Below are positions 8,768 to 18,585 of a DNA stretch of 48,358 bases, one piece after another. This DNA is from an uncultured Candidatus Bathyarchaeia archaeon (GTDB lineage Archaea; Thermoproteota; Bathyarchaeia; RBG-16-48-13; JAGMEO01). The notes beneath the pieces are model-generated. The model worked only from the letters and a program-made list of their open reading frames with translations, was not told the DNA's origin and ran no database searches. The position numbers were made by a program, and so were the translations under genes. Location: positions 1 to 48,358 of the forward strand of contig CAZKBR010000002.1 in assembly GCA_964551465.1 (NCBI GenBank), written 5' to 3'. Numbering within the stretch: position 1 is the stretch's first letter; each line of letters starts with the position of its first letter.

Positions 8768-9646
8768 TTATAGAGTGTATAGAAGCTCTTTAAGATCCTC
8801 AAGTTTTCCCTCATCTAATCTGCTTCTATTTTCCATAGCCTTTAACCCGATCTGAATGAGGTTTTCTTGAGATGTTTTTCTAAACTGGACATGCTCAGCT
8901 TCCCCCTTGGCTGGTGAAACCACCAATAATGCGCAGCCTACATTTACTCTGTATGGTTTTCCTTTTTCAAGCCACTCGGCGTTATACATATCGGCAAGCA
9001 CAGTAAAGATTGGAAACTCCATCTCAGTTGCTAAGACACCCATTCTTTTGAAAGCCTTCAAACGACTTTCTAACTCCTCCGGAACGGCTGAAAGAAGTGG
9101 AGTTTCAAATCCGTAAAGCTCCGACTTAGAATGAGTGATCCCTACCCACAGGTTTTCCCGAACCCTGTATCCAACATCCTTTGCAGCCAAAAGTATGGAA
9201 ATGGTAGTTTTCAGATCTGGAACAGCTGGATATTCGTCATGAATAATTAAACGCGTTGTACCGTCATCTCTCACACAGCCTGTGGAAACCACTATGTCAC
9301 CAACCTTAACATATTTCTGTAGACTTCCGCAAGTCCCGATCCGAATTATGGTCGCTTTGCTTTTTTTCCCAAAGTCTATGCTATCAATGATTTCCCGGAG
9401 AACTATAGAGGCGGATGGCGTCCCCATCCCAGTGTTTACGACAGTCACTGGAATCTCATTGTAAAGACCATTGATAACCAATATCCCTCTTTCTTCACCT
9501 TGCTTACTTATCATAACAGGCTTCTTCAGATGGCTGGCTACCCTTCTGACCCTTCCGGGAGATCCACCTGTGAGGATGCTCGGGTTGACCTCGCCCTTTT
9601 TTATCCCTGTATGATAACACCTTCCTCCCTCGTCTCTGAAAATCAT
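8768..9646 (-). CDS. Nucleoside phosphorylase, PNP/UDP family (uridine/purine phosphorylase-like)
   Basis: NTGMGTPSASIVLRE, RIGTCGSLQ and VLATEMEF are the phosphate- and ribose-binding motifs of PNP_UDP_1 enzymes. Confidence 0.75.
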   Translation of the reverse strand: MIFRDEGGRCYHTGIKKGEVNPSILTGGSPGRVRRVASHLKKPVMISKQGEERGILVINGLYNEIPVTVVNTGMGTPSASIVLREIIDSIDFGKKSKATIIRIGTCGSLQKYVKVGDIVVSTGCVRDDGTTRLIIHDEYPAVPDLKTTISILLAAKDVGYRVRENLWVGITHSKSELYGFETPLLSAVPEELESRLKAFKRMGVLATEMEFPIFTVLADMYNAEWLEKGKPYRVNVGCALLVVSPAKGEAEHVQFRKTSQENLIQIGLKAMENRSRLDEGKLEDLKELLYTL

Positions 9647-9884
9647 TTCATCCGCCCACCACTCTATGTATAGAGAATTAATTGATGCACATGGCTGTTA
9701 AATTCACCACTATACCATCTTCTCCCTTTTTACCTTAATCTTATTTTTAGCGGCATAGTAGTGCATCAATGGCTCGCCTCTCACAGCTTCGATCGATCAA
9801 TTAATATCAATGGACTAATGATTCTTACCTAGTGAAGCTTAATATGTCTGCGATTATGATGCCCGCGCGCGATGAGTTGAAAGA

Positions 9885-10478
9885 ATGATGAAAATAATCA
9901 CGCTACTTGGTTTGCCAGCTTCTGGAAAAAGCTACTATGGCAAAAGATTAGCTGAAGAGCTAGGAGCGAGATTTGTACCAGAGATAGCAACTCAGATCAT
10001 TCATGAAAAAGGATACAAAATCGGGGTTAACGCCCCTCCTGAGTTCGATAGGGATGTTTTTGAAAGAGACTTAGAGATGACGAAGAAGGCTCTTCGACCC
10101 AGACTCAAGACTATTATATGGGAAGGCGGACCAGTCTTGGACTACCTCTTCCTAGAAGGCAGGTCAAAACTAGGTACCGCAAGAAAGGAGAGGAAAATCA
10201 TTCTAAAGCTGTACGACAACAGCATGTTCAAAGAGTTAGGTGAAAAGTCAACTTATATATTTTTTAGTGTAGAACCACAGGTTTCCTTACAGAGACAAGG
10301 GGAAAGAAGCAAGCCAGAGCTTTTGACCCCAGACATTGAGCTCCTAAAATTCGTTCACAACAAGCTGATCAACTTTTACGAGGAAAACAGAGACAAAAGC
10401 ATCCTAGTAAATGTGGACAAAACAAAAGAGGAAGTTTTTGAAGAAGTAAAAAGAGAGGTCTCGAAGATAACAAGATAA
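9885..10478 (+). CDS. P-loop NTPase, small nucleoside/nucleotide-kinase-like ATPase
   Basis: Walker A GLPASGKSYYG at the N-terminus, and a ~197-aa size typical of AAA_28/dNK-like kinases. Specific substrate not inferable. Confidence 0.5.
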   Translation: MMKIITLLGLPASGKSYYGKRLAEELGARFVPEIATQIIHEKGYKIGVNAPPEFDRDVFERDLEMTKKALRPRLKTIIWEGGPVLDYLFLEGRSKLGTARKERKIILKLYDNSMFKELGEKSTYIFFSVEPQVSLQRQGERSKPELLTPDIELLKFVHNKLINFYEENRDKSILVNVDKTKEEVFEEVKREVSKITR

Positions 10479-10559
10479 CCAACTTGGGTTAAGAGGGAAA
10501 AAAACAAGAAACATCCTTTCCGGGTGCAAGCACACAAGAAAAATTTGAGCCGAAAAAAG

Positions 10560-10907
10560 TTAAGCCATCTCACGCCAAGTGTAGCCACATTCGATACACC
10601 TGAAAAACTGCGTAGGAGACTCGTCGGTACCCCTTGTCTGAACGATCCACCAGTAGGCTCCAAGATTACCACACTTAGGACACTCGACCTTAACGGTTGG
10701 CATGGTCTTGATCCCAGCTTCCTCCTCACCAATGACAGATATCTGTTCCCGAGGACTATGCTCGATTACTCTCGAGACGGCAGGCGCCTTGGAGGCAACT
10801 GGCACTTCGTAACCGCACTTCGGACAAGCCCATAATCCTTGCACACCCTTTCCCACATCCTTGTAAGTAGGAACCACACGCGTTCCGCACTTCGGACAGA
10901 AAAGCAT
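10560..10907 (-). CDS. tfs: Transcription factor S (TFS; RNA polymerase subunit M-like)
   Basis: N-terminal Zn ribbon CPKCG..x..CPKCG and C-terminal TFIIS-type ribbon CPKCGNLGAYWWIVQTRGTDESPTQFFRCIECGYTW. Start set at MLFCPKCG (ATG 10907). Confidence 0.85.
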   Translation of the reverse strand: MLFCPKCGTRVVPTYKDVGKGVQGLWACPKCGYEVPVASKAPAVSRVIEHSPREQISVIGEEEAGIKTMPTVKVECPKCGNLGAYWWIVQTRGTDESPTQFFRCIECGYTWREMA

Positions 10908-10958
10908 TATCACCACCACACGGAACAGGCGTATTCCAAAACATCCCATCCGATGAAT

Positions 10959-11594
10959 TTAAACCTTTTCGTTCCTAAAGACCGATCGATCGACGGAAAC
11001 CGCCTCAGATAGACTAGAGGCTATCAGATGAGCCATGCGAAGTGGCTCCGGAAAACCGCTCCTCGTACAGCTCAACCTTACTATCCTTTCGGCGTCTCCT
11101 GCGGAAACTCCGGAAACTTGAACGTAAACCGGAGCGACATCTCTACGGACTTTGACCTGGAACACTTCCCCAGCACTCTGAACAGCTCTCCACCTCAGAG
11201 CTCGGTCAGGCAAGTTCTCCAGCGCCCTTCCAAACTCCTCAAAATCTGTCCTCTCCCTAGTCAAAGCTATGACAGGAATGGACGTGGACTCAAACAGCTC
11301 TCTGATGTCGACAACGTTAAACCCGGCAAAAGTAATTCCACTGAGCATCAAAACCCTCAACTGCTCATAGTGGGGGGACTTAGTTACCATGCCCGAAATC
11401 CTATCAGTAGCGTCCAATCCGTCAACGGTCACCTTCGTCCTCATAACACCGTCTAACCAGCGTCCACCTCTGAATACTACGCCCACCACGTCAGCCTTGC
11501 CAGCGGTGTGAGGCACAAAGGCACCGTCATCTATCCCAAGGATCCGTATCTCAGGTTTGATCCCACGAAAACGTACAACCTTACTCGCGCACAA
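10959..11594 (-). CDS. DUF99/UPF0215 family protein
   Basis: RILGIDDGAF...VVGVVFRGGRWLDGV...VDGLDATD matches the conserved archaeal DUF99 N-terminus. Sits in the conserved position next to tfs. Confidence 0.65.
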   Translation of the reverse strand: MCASKVVRFRGIKPEIRILGIDDGAFVPHTAGKADVVGVVFRGGRWLDGVMRTKVTVDGLDATDRISGMVTKSPHYEQLRVLMLSGITFAGFNVVDIRELFESTSIPVIALTRERTDFEEFGRALENLPDRALRWRAVQSAGEVFQVKVRRDVAPVYVQVSGVSAGDAERIVRLSCTRSGFPEPLRMAHLIASSLSEAVSVDRSVFRNEKV

Positions 11595-11991
11595 TACCCA
11601 TACGTTCTCCTATCTCATTAAGCAACTTCGAAAAGGCCTCAACAGGCCTCTCTATGTTACCCCTGATCGTTTCTACGCTTTCCTCAAGCGAGACAACCCC
11701 TTGAAGCCAGGCGTACACAATGAATGCCTCTGAAGCGTCAGCCTGAGTGTGTGTATCCGTCCTTCCAGGAAGATGTCGTTTCAAATTGGCCATCTTCAAA
11801 GCGTCAGCCAAAACCCGACCCTGGACTCTCACACCTGTAGGTTCACCCTTCCTTTTAGACAAAGCCAGAGAGTATATGAAGTTCACATAAGAGTCACCAA
11901 GCCTGGCGAGCTTCTTGCTACACAGAATCTCTCGCAGCGTCATGCGATTTGTGCCCAATCCGCAATTTGCGGATGGGGTTTTGCTCCTCAA
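11581..11991 (-). CDS. RNase III-like domain protein (conserved archaeal partner of the rpoL/csl4 cluster)
   Basis: KLARLGDSYVNFIYSLAL resembles the RNase III / Mini-III signature (LA.lGDa). Alternative start at ATG 11943 (MTLREIL). Confidence 0.4.
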   Translation of the reverse strand: MRSKTPSANCGLGTNRMTLREILCSKKLARLGDSYVNFIYSLALSKRKGEPTGVRVQGRVLADALKMANLKRHLPGRTDTHTQADASEAFIVYAWLQGVVSLEESVETIRGNIERPVEAFSKLLNEIGERMGIVRE

Positions 11992-11997
11992 CCGCGT

Positions 11998-12285
11998 TCA
12001 CTTCTCTTGCCTCAAAGACTCTTCAAATAGTTTTTGGAGTTCCACCATCTTTTCTCCAAGCCTTCTAGCCGCTGTCTCAAGTACATTCTTGGCCTTTTTT
12101 CTACCCTTCGTACGGATGTAGAATACTGATTTGGAGAAGAGTGGATGAGGAACACTATAGCCTGCAAAGTCAACATCTTTATCCTCAAGGAGAACACTCT
12201 GAAGAGCACTGCAAAAGCTGTGCCCCTCCCCCTCAATCTCAATCCGTATTTCATTCCCTGAACTCTTCAATACTTTTACTTTCAT
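11998..12285 (-). CDS. rpoL: DNA-directed RNA polymerase subunit L (Rpo11)
   Basis: 95 aa; IRIEIEGEGHSFCSALQSVLLEDKDVDFAGYSVPHPL is the Rpo11/RpoL fold signature. 4-nt overlap with csl4. Confidence 0.85.
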   Translation of the reverse strand: MKVKVLKSSGNEIRIEIEGEGHSFCSALQSVLLEDKDVDFAGYSVPHPLFSKSVFYIRTKGRKKAKNVLETAARRLGEKMVELQKLFEESLRQEK

Positions 12286-12905
12286 AACTTCTTACTCCCA
12301 GATCCGTGATTTATGGCGAACCCAAAGCTGAATGGAATCCTTCCGTAGAATCTGGAGATTTTCCTCCGCTCCTTCCCTCCACACAACGGGCATCTAAGTG
12401 AACCATTCGCTACATCTAGGGAGCGCCCACAGTGAGAGCAGAGCGCATAGACGACTCCGAACTTCCAATCCTCTGTGGAGAGATGAAAAGTTCTGTTCAT
12501 GGTGCTTATGACTTCGGCGTATACTAGGTCCCCTTGCTTAAATGCGTCAGAGGCTTTCCTAATAAAGGCTTTACTGATGTTGGAAACGTGTATTTGGCCT
12601 AAGAAGTTTCCAAATGACCTCTTTTTGTTGATCATTAAGATTCTTATTTCGGTTCCTCTATCGCGAACCGTTATGACTTGGCCTAAAATAGTGTTTCTTA
12701 TCTTTGGGACTAGTGGCAGGTGAACGCTTGGATAGACGGATATTCTTCTCTTCGGTATGTCAACAAGCGTGTGTCCTGTTATCGTAGAATGTATGTTTCC
12801 TTTCTCTTCGTATGTTCCTTTGCCTGACAGAAATTCTTCGATCACAGCAAGTCTGCTGCCTGGGTATACGAACTCCCCGCTTTTCCTTTCTTGGACTTTC
12901 GCCAT
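12282..12905 (-). CDS. csl4: Exosome RNA-binding subunit Csl4
   Basis: N-terminal PGSRLAVIEEF, a central S1-like domain, and C-terminal zinc ribbon CSHCG..x..CPLCG. Confidence 0.85.
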   Translation of the reverse strand: MAKVQERKSGEFVYPGSRLAVIEEFLSGKGTYEEKGNIHSTITGHTLVDIPKRRISVYPSVHLPLVPKIRNTILGQVITVRDRGTEIRILMINKKRSFGNFLGQIHVSNISKAFIRKASDAFKQGDLVYAEVISTMNRTFHLSTEDWKFGVVYALCSHCGRSLDVANGSLRCPLCGGKERRKISRFYGRIPFSFGFAINHGSGSKKL

Positions 12906-12909
12906 ACTT

Positions 12910-13539
12910 CTATCCCTTCACTATGCGGTACAGATCCACATTTACCATGTGTTTTCTCTCTCTGTGAAAGTTAAAGGTAGGAGGGATAGCCATTCTCATC
13001 TGTGTGGCCTTTGTTATCTTCCCTCCGAGTTCTTCTACGAATTTCATTATGAATTTCCTGTTACTTTCACCACTTTTGTGCACGGAGTATATCACTTCAC
13101 TCATTTGTATGGCCTTCCTCAGGAACTTTCTGTCTGCCCTCCTTTTCTGCACTCCGAAAGGTGGGTTTTGAACCACTGTATCGCATCTCCCTTTTATTGC
13201 TTCTATATCTGATACGACCCATGAGGTCTTTTCTCTGACGCCCGCCTCTATTGCATTTTTTACGGCGATCTTTATCACCGTCGGATCTATGTCGACTCCG
13301 ACTGCTTGTTTTGCCCCTAGTATGGATGCGCCTATTGCTAGGCGTCCCGTCCCACATCCTAGGTCAAACACCGTTTTCCCCGCTATGTCGTTATATGTGT
13401 ATGCGGCCAACCATAGGATTTGTGCTGCTGTCGCTGCCGGTATGGTGTACTGCTCTAGGTATGTTTTTGGTGTAGGAGTTCCTTTTGTTTTTGACAGTAT
13501 TATTTCGAGCGTTTTTTTCCTAAGTTTCTTTGCCTGCAT
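12910..13539 (-). CDS. METTL5-like N6-adenine RNA methyltransferase (COG2263)
   Basis: LEQYTIPAATAA, SAM motif FDLGCGTGRLAIGASILGA, and catalytic VVQNPPFG. Confidence 0.75.
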   Translation of the reverse strand: MQAKKLRKKTLEIILSKTKGTPTPKTYLEQYTIPAATAAQILWLAAYTYNDIAGKTVFDLGCGTGRLAIGASILGAKQAVGVDIDPTVIKIAVKNAIEAGVREKTSWVVSDIEAIKGRCDTVVQNPPFGVQKRRADRKFLRKAIQMSEVIYSVHKSGESNRKFIMKFVEELGGKITKATQMRMAIPPTFNFHRERKHMVNVDLYRIVKG

Positions 13540-13584
13540 CTCCTGTCACTTTTTAATGTGACGCGTGCGTTCGGGGGGAAAGTG

Positions 13585-14337
13585 CTAGGATCCTTTGTCT
13601 TTTTCTTTTGTTGCTTCCACTTTTTCTCTTAGTCTAATCCTTTGTAAGGCTTTTTTGAACACTCCCATCAGGATCGTTGCCTCACGGCTTGAAACGAAGG
13701 ATCTTCCGAGTATGTTGCGGAACGACCTTAAGGCGATTCTCTGCCTGTGGATTTGAAGTCCCGTTTCTTCTACTAGATTTGTGAAATACCTAATTAACCT
13801 TTCTTTTTGTGCGCCGCTCGCCTCAGCCACGTGCTTGGCTTCGTCTTTTCTCGTGGCTTTGTACAGCTCGTAGAAGATTATCGCAGCCGCGTGCGTTATG
13901 TTCATAGTGGGGTAGGTTGAGTTTGTCGGAATCGAGACGATGAAGTCGCATTTTTCTATCTCATCGTTTGTGAGGCCCGAACCCTCCCTGCCAAACAGTA
14001 GAACAACCTTGCCTCTGATTGATGAGAAAATTTTGGCAAACTCGGCTGGTGTTATCGGCGTCCTCTTCACGTTTAATGCTCTTTTCGCGGTTACAGCGGT
14101 CGTTCCAACGACGAAGTCAGCACCGATTACCGCCTCGTTGATGGAATCAACGCTAGTAGCTTGATCTAGAACATCGCGAGCATGCATAGCAAAAGCTCTG
14201 GCCACAGCACCAACACCAACTTCTGACCCGACAAGGCATAGTTCTCTCAGCCCAAAGTTCTTCATCGCACGCGCAAGAAAACCAATGTTGCCCTTAACTC
14301 TAGGCTCAACGAGAACGACACGAACAGATACAGCCAA
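13585..14337 (-). CDS. trmJ: SpoU/TrmH-family RNA 2'-O-methyltransferase (TrmJ-like)
   Basis: VLVEPRVKGNIGFLARAMKNFG, LLFGREGSGL and SIPTNSTYPTMNITHAAAIIFYE are SPOUT motifs 1-3. Confidence 0.8.
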   Translation of the reverse strand: MAVSVRVVLVEPRVKGNIGFLARAMKNFGLRELCLVGSEVGVGAVARAFAMHARDVLDQATSVDSINEAVIGADFVVGTTAVTAKRALNVKRTPITPAEFAKIFSSIRGKVVLLFGREGSGLTNDEIEKCDFIVSIPTNSTYPTMNITHAAAIIFYELYKATRKDEAKHVAEASGAQKERLIRYFTNLVEETGLQIHRQRIALRSFRNILGRSFVSSREATILMGVFKKALQRIRLREKVEATKEKDKGS

Positions 14338-14424
14338 TTTGTTGGCCTCAAACGTGTTTTTCAGAAGTGATTCACCAAACCAACTGTTATGTTCCTCGTG
14401 AAACCACTTTAAGCAAGATTTAAC

Positions 14425-15858
14425 CTATGCTCGAGCGAAAGCGTGAATCAGCTTGATCGATTCAAAGTCTAGCTTCTTCTCAGCTAAGATTTTCGGTTCT
14501 AAGCCATACTCCCTTAGGAGGTGCATCGTTTTTGTCACATCTGAGAGTGTCGATTGGACAAGCAGTATTTTTCCAGGTCTCTTGAGATGTTTGGGTGCTT
14601 CCTTCAGAAACATATCAACGACATCCCTTCCTGTCGGGCCGCCGGCCCAGGCCTTTTCAAGCCAGCCTTGCCCTGATTCTGCCTCAGATGTCGGCAAGTA
14701 CGGAGGGTTGAAGATTATTACGTCAAATTTTTCATTTGGCTTGACGGCTTTGAACAGATTTCCATGCCTCACCTCGATCCTACCCAAGAGACCATTCAGT
14801 TTAACGTTTATTTCTGCACATTCAACAGCGTGGGGATTCAGATCGATCGCTACAACTCTACCCGCATTCTTGGCCGCCACCACACTTAGAATCCCGCAGC
14901 CGGCCCCAACATCTAATACCTCGGACCCCCTTTCGATCATCATGTTGTCTGCGAGAAGGAAGGTGTCGTCGGAAGGCTCATAAACCTCTGGAAGGACATA
15001 GAGGGGGTGGTTCTCGTAAAAAATCTTTTTGCTCTTGATTATCCTTCGGTGGACATCGTTTGAGATTTCTACAAGGCTCCCTAGAGCTAACGTGTAGACC
15101 CTCGCTTCCAAATGTGGCAGGCCCTCTATGAGAACCCTCGCCTCGTTCTTTTTGTAACCTTTCGATCTGACAAACGAAAACATAGCGTTCTTCATCTTTC
15201 GCCTTCTTTGCGTAAAAAGCCCGCCTACAACGTCTGAAAACGTCTCTTTGTCTAGTGTTTTGAAAGCTTTTTCACGCGGTTTTATCCTGACGATCGCAGA
15301 CTCAACTTCGGGTGGGGGATAAAACGTTCTTCTTGACAAGCATTCTAAAACCTCTGCATCTGCCCTATAGTTTGTCATAACTGTTAACCGTCCGTAGTCT
15401 CTGCTTCCCTCCTGAGCCACAAGCCTCTCCGCCACCTCCCTCTGCAATGTCAGAACCGCGCTCTCGAAAGATGTTTCTAAGAGTCTAAAGATCAGAGGAG
15501 TTGAGATTGAGTAAGGAGGATTTGCAACGACTTTATTGAATACTGGAAGCTTGGTCTTTAGCACATCTCCTTCAATCAACTCAACATTTTCTCTGCCACG
15601 CAGCTCATCCCTTAATACCATCACGAGACGAGGATCCACTTCAACAGCGACCACCATTTTTGCAGTTTCTGACAGAAGTTTCGTTAAAAACCCTAGGCCA
15701 GCCCCGACCTCGAGGACTATGTCGTCTTTGCAAAGGCCTGAGTAACCTATCATTCTCCTTAACATGTCTTGGTTTACACAGAAGTTTTGTCCGAGACCTT
15801 TCCTTGGCCTAATACCATATTTTTGGAGGAGACATCTAACCTCGCTCAAAAAAGCCAT
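14425..15858 (-). CDS. ksgA: Fusion protein: KsgA/Dim1 16S rRNA dimethyladenosine transferase (aa 1-~270) plus HemK/Mtq2-like methyltransferase (aa ~290-477)
   Basis: KsgA half: GQNFCVNQ, LEVGAGLGFLT, VVANPPYSIS. HemK-like half: VYEPSDDTFLL, VLDVGAGCGILS, IIFNPPYLP. One uninterrupted 477-codon ORF. Confidence 0.85.
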   Translation of the reverse strand: MAFLSEVRCLLQKYGIRPRKGLGQNFCVNQDMLRRMIGYSGLCKDDIVLEVGAGLGFLTKLLSETAKMVVAVEVDPRLVMVLRDELRGRENVELIEGDVLKTKLPVFNKVVANPPYSISTPLIFRLLETSFESAVLTLQREVAERLVAQEGSRDYGRLTVMTNYRADAEVLECLSRRTFYPPPEVESAIVRIKPREKAFKTLDKETFSDVVGGLFTQRRRKMKNAMFSFVRSKGYKKNEARVLIEGLPHLEARVYTLALGSLVEISNDVHRRIIKSKKIFYENHPLYVLPEVYEPSDDTFLLADNMMIERGSEVLDVGAGCGILSVVAAKNAGRVVAIDLNPHAVECAEINVKLNGLLGRIEVRHGNLFKAVKPNEKFDVIIFNPPYLPTSEAESGQGWLEKAWAGGPTGRDVVDMFLKEAPKHLKRPGKILLVQSTLSDVTKTMHLLREYGLEPKILAEKKLDFESIKLIHAFARA

Positions 15859-15872
15859 CTAGAAGCCGCCAA

Positions 15873-16439
15873 CTAGGATTGACGAGTGAATATACTATAT
15901 TTGGACTTCCCAGAGAGCTCTTCCTGTATTCTGTTTACAACTTTCTTTAAGGGATCAGGAATACCTGTCCTCTTCTGAAGATCTTCAAAACTCTCGAACG
16001 ATTTTTTCTCCCTCTCTTCTAGGATTTTCCACATATACTTTTTACCAATCCCGGGCAGAAGCTCCAATGCATGCATCCTTGGTGTGATGGCCTGTGCAAT
16101 GTTGAAGAATCTGACAAACCTCTCCTCGTGACTAGCAACGATGATTTCGAGGATCAATGGTAACTCGCTTTTTGCCGTGGATGTCAGATCGTCATAGTGC
16201 ACCCGCCCAATTACATGGGTAATCTTATCCCGAGGTTTTTCTTTACCTACATAAACAACCTCGTGAAGTTCAAATGATGAGTCCACTTGCACAGCTGCTT
16301 CAAGCAGTGTGAAATAGGTTTCTCCGATAAGTTGAATTGTAGGCTCTGTCTTGAAGGGTCCTCTTTCCGAGCCGACTCTACCCCTAGGAAGATAATCTAA
16401 AACATGAGCATAATCCTCATACTTCTTGGCACTCTCCAT
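15873..16439 (-). CDS. DUF655 family nucleic-acid-binding protein (COG1491)
   Basis: YAHVLDYLPRGR (OB-like N-terminus) and a C-terminal HhH LELLPGIGKK. Canonical position between ksgA and rpoF. Confidence 0.75.
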   Translation of the reverse strand: MESAKKYEDYAHVLDYLPRGRVGSERGPFKTEPTIQLIGETYFTLLEAAVQVDSSFELHEVVYVGKEKPRDKITHVIGRVHYDDLTSTAKSELPLILEIIVASHEERFVRFFNIAQAITPRMHALELLPGIGKKYMWKILEEREKKSFESFEDLQKRTGIPDPLKKVVNRIQEELSGKSKYSIFTRQS

Positions 16440-16530
16440 ATGATCACCTTACCCTAATTTTTACTACCACTTTGATGATCAAATATTAGAAAGAGATGCT
16501 CAGGATGAACTGGAACCCCGCGAAGGTTTT

Positions 16531-16854
16531 TCATCTGTACTTGTCTAGAAGCTTTAAGATTTCTTCAAGTTTTGAGGCCCTAATAACTTTTTTCTTACTA
16601 GCAGCGAAGAAAACGCGCAATTCTTCCACCGTCGACGGCACACAATTGACTATTTGAATCGCATCCACTCTATCGATTTCCAATTGTTCCAGTTTCTTAA
16701 CTAGCTCCTCAGCTTTCGAAGCCTCAATTTTTGAAAATTTGTTTAAATAATCGAAGGTTCTTTGTTGGAAGGGGTTCAGTTCTCCTTCCTCTTCGAGGAC
16801 CCTTTTCGCTTCGGCTATTGTGATTTCCTTTTCTTCAACAATTTTCTTAGGCAC
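16531..16854 (-). CDS. rpoF: DNA-directed RNA polymerase subunit F (Rpo4)
   Basis: 107 aa, helical, acidic. ...LNPFQQRTFDYLNKFSK...ELVKKL...IVNCVPSTVEELRVFF matches the Rpo4/RpoF HRDC-like pattern. Conserved neighbour of L21e. Confidence 0.8.
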   Translation of the reverse strand: MPKKIVEEKEITIAEAKRVLEEEGELNPFQQRTFDYLNKFSKIEASKAEELVKKLEQLEIDRVDAIQIVNCVPSTVEELRVFFAASKKKVIRASKLEEILKLLDKYR

Positions 16855-16880
16855 AGAGCCACACTCCGCGCAAGGGACCT

Positions 16881-17183
16881 CTAATCCTTGTACGGTTTAA
16901 TATGCTCGGTACGCGCTATTATATTCTTGCTTTTTCCTCCGTCTTTGATCGCAATGACGTAAGCCTTTCCCCTTTTCTCCACGATCCTAGCGATCTTACC
17001 TTGATAGCGTCTATGCGGCATCCCCTTATGGATGCTTGAGTCTATTTTCACAACAACTTTGTCATCCAGCTTATATTCTCGCAGTAGTGCACCTAAAGGC
17101 GGCAGTCCCCTATCACGCGGAGACTTACTTAGCAGTTTTCTAGTCCTTCTGCGAGAGCCCCTAGACTTAGCCAACTCTTTCAC
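16881..17183 (-). CDS. rpl21e: 50S ribosomal protein L21e
   Basis: SRGSRRRTRKLL...HKGMPHRRYQGKIARIV is the L21e signature. Confidence 0.9.
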   Translation of the reverse strand: MKELAKSRGSRRRTRKLLSKSPRDRGLPPLGALLREYKLDDKVVVKIDSSIHKGMPHRRYQGKIARIVEKRGKAYVIAIKDGGKSKNIIARTEHIKPYKD

Positions 17184-18519
17184 CCTTCAACATGACACCC
17201 AACACGTCTAATTCGACGGTTTTGGCTTGAGCACCAACAATCTGAGATATGTTAGGAGTTGTCCTCTCTTGGTCCCCAGTTACTAACTCCTTGACATATA
17301 ATCCACCTTGGGACCGTATTAGAATTTCGATTCTATTCTGTCTTTTCCTTTGGACCCTTGCCTCATATATACGCTTCTCTCTCATCATTTCTGACCGACG
17401 ATGTAAGACGCGTAAAGGAGTCAGTTGCCGAATCACTTGGCCGCTTAACTCTTTCTCCAGCTTTTCTAGTTCTTCGTCAGAGATGTCTCTCTCAAACTCG
17501 ACCGTCACATTATAAAGTTTTTGAGCTTGACCTTCATTCTTAATCTTTTTCACAAAATCTTTTGATGAAAACACTAGGTCAGATACCTCAACCTTTCTTT
17601 GAGCATATTGATTAATTTTCTTCCCTAATTCCCTTAAGTCTATCAGTCTTTTCTTGGGGCTCTTCACCTCAATAACGAAGGGTCTACCTGAGCCTAAAAC
17701 TCTGGCATCAATATCTTCGCGTCCAGCTCCATGAAACTTTGTGCTCACTCCACCGGTCATTTCTAGAAGTGGCTTGGCAATCAGTTCTTCAACTGACTCC
17801 TGGTACATCTTTCCGGTCCAATTACAACTTGAGCATCCTTGACCACGACACTTTCTACAGATCCATTTCGTTTGAGGTATCCCTCTTACCAACTTCCTAT
17901 ATCGCCCAGCTATAAACGAGGAGTTAACATGTAGTCTTATAATGTTAGCAAAAGGATCCAACAAAACAAGTATATCTGGTCTATCGTAGTTCACATGTCT
18001 GTCAGTAATCTGTGAAACACGCTTACCTATTTCACGGCTCAACTCACACCTAATATTTTCTCCCCACTTTATGTCAGACTTAGCGCGTAGCTCGTCCTCC
18101 CGGTTTTCGATATCTTCTCTAGCCTTTACACCGATAAGAAAGCTTTCAAACTCAAATTCGGAGAGTTTTTTGGTTACATCCCTAGCTAGATCATCTAGGA
18201 CATCAAAAACCCCTTGACACAGGTAGCATTTCTTCTCCTCCTCTTTGACTTCCACTCCAATTTCTTTCAGCGTTTCAGCCGCTACTTTGGAGAAGCCGTT
18301 TATTGCGATCAGTCGAAGAGTGTTTTTTGCTTTCTCTTTACCATTGAGGATCGATTTACAGCTTTCAAGCATCAAAAGTTGTTTAATTGCTTTTCCCCTC
18401 TCTTCGTTCGTGAGCCCATGGCCCAGTAGGGCGAATTGTCTTCCTAAGCAATGATCACAGAGAGCATACTCTTCCAGCAAATGTGCAGATTTTTTGAGGA
18501 GACCCATGAAGCTTCCCAT
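17167..18519 (-). CDS. pus10: tRNA pseudouridine(54/55) synthase Pus10
   Basis: N-terminal Zn module CDHCLGRQFALLGHG, second ribbon CRKCRGQGCSSCNWTGK, and catalytic region GAGREDIDARVLGSGRPFV. Confidence 0.85.
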   Translation of the reverse strand: MGSFMGLLKKSAHLLEEYALCDHCLGRQFALLGHGLTNEERGKAIKQLLMLESCKSILNGKEKAKNTLRLIAINGFSKVAAETLKEIGVEVKEEEKKCYLCQGVFDVLDDLARDVTKKLSEFEFESFLIGVKAREDIENREDELRAKSDIKWGENIRCELSREIGKRVSQITDRHVNYDRPDILVLLDPFANIIRLHVNSSFIAGRYRKLVRGIPQTKWICRKCRGQGCSSCNWTGKMYQESVEELIAKPLLEMTGGVSTKFHGAGREDIDARVLGSGRPFVIEVKSPKKRLIDLRELGKKINQYAQRKVEVSDLVFSSKDFVKKIKNEGQAQKLYNVTVEFERDISDEELEKLEKELSGQVIRQLTPLRVLHRRSEMMREKRIYEARVQRKRQNRIEILIRSQGGLYVKELVTGDQERTTPNISQIVGAQAKTVELDVLGVMLKGERVG

Positions 18520-18585
18520 CTTCTCTATCTCTGATGCTACTTATTCATAGGCAGATAGTTTCGAAGAGGAGCACAAATCTCATCT

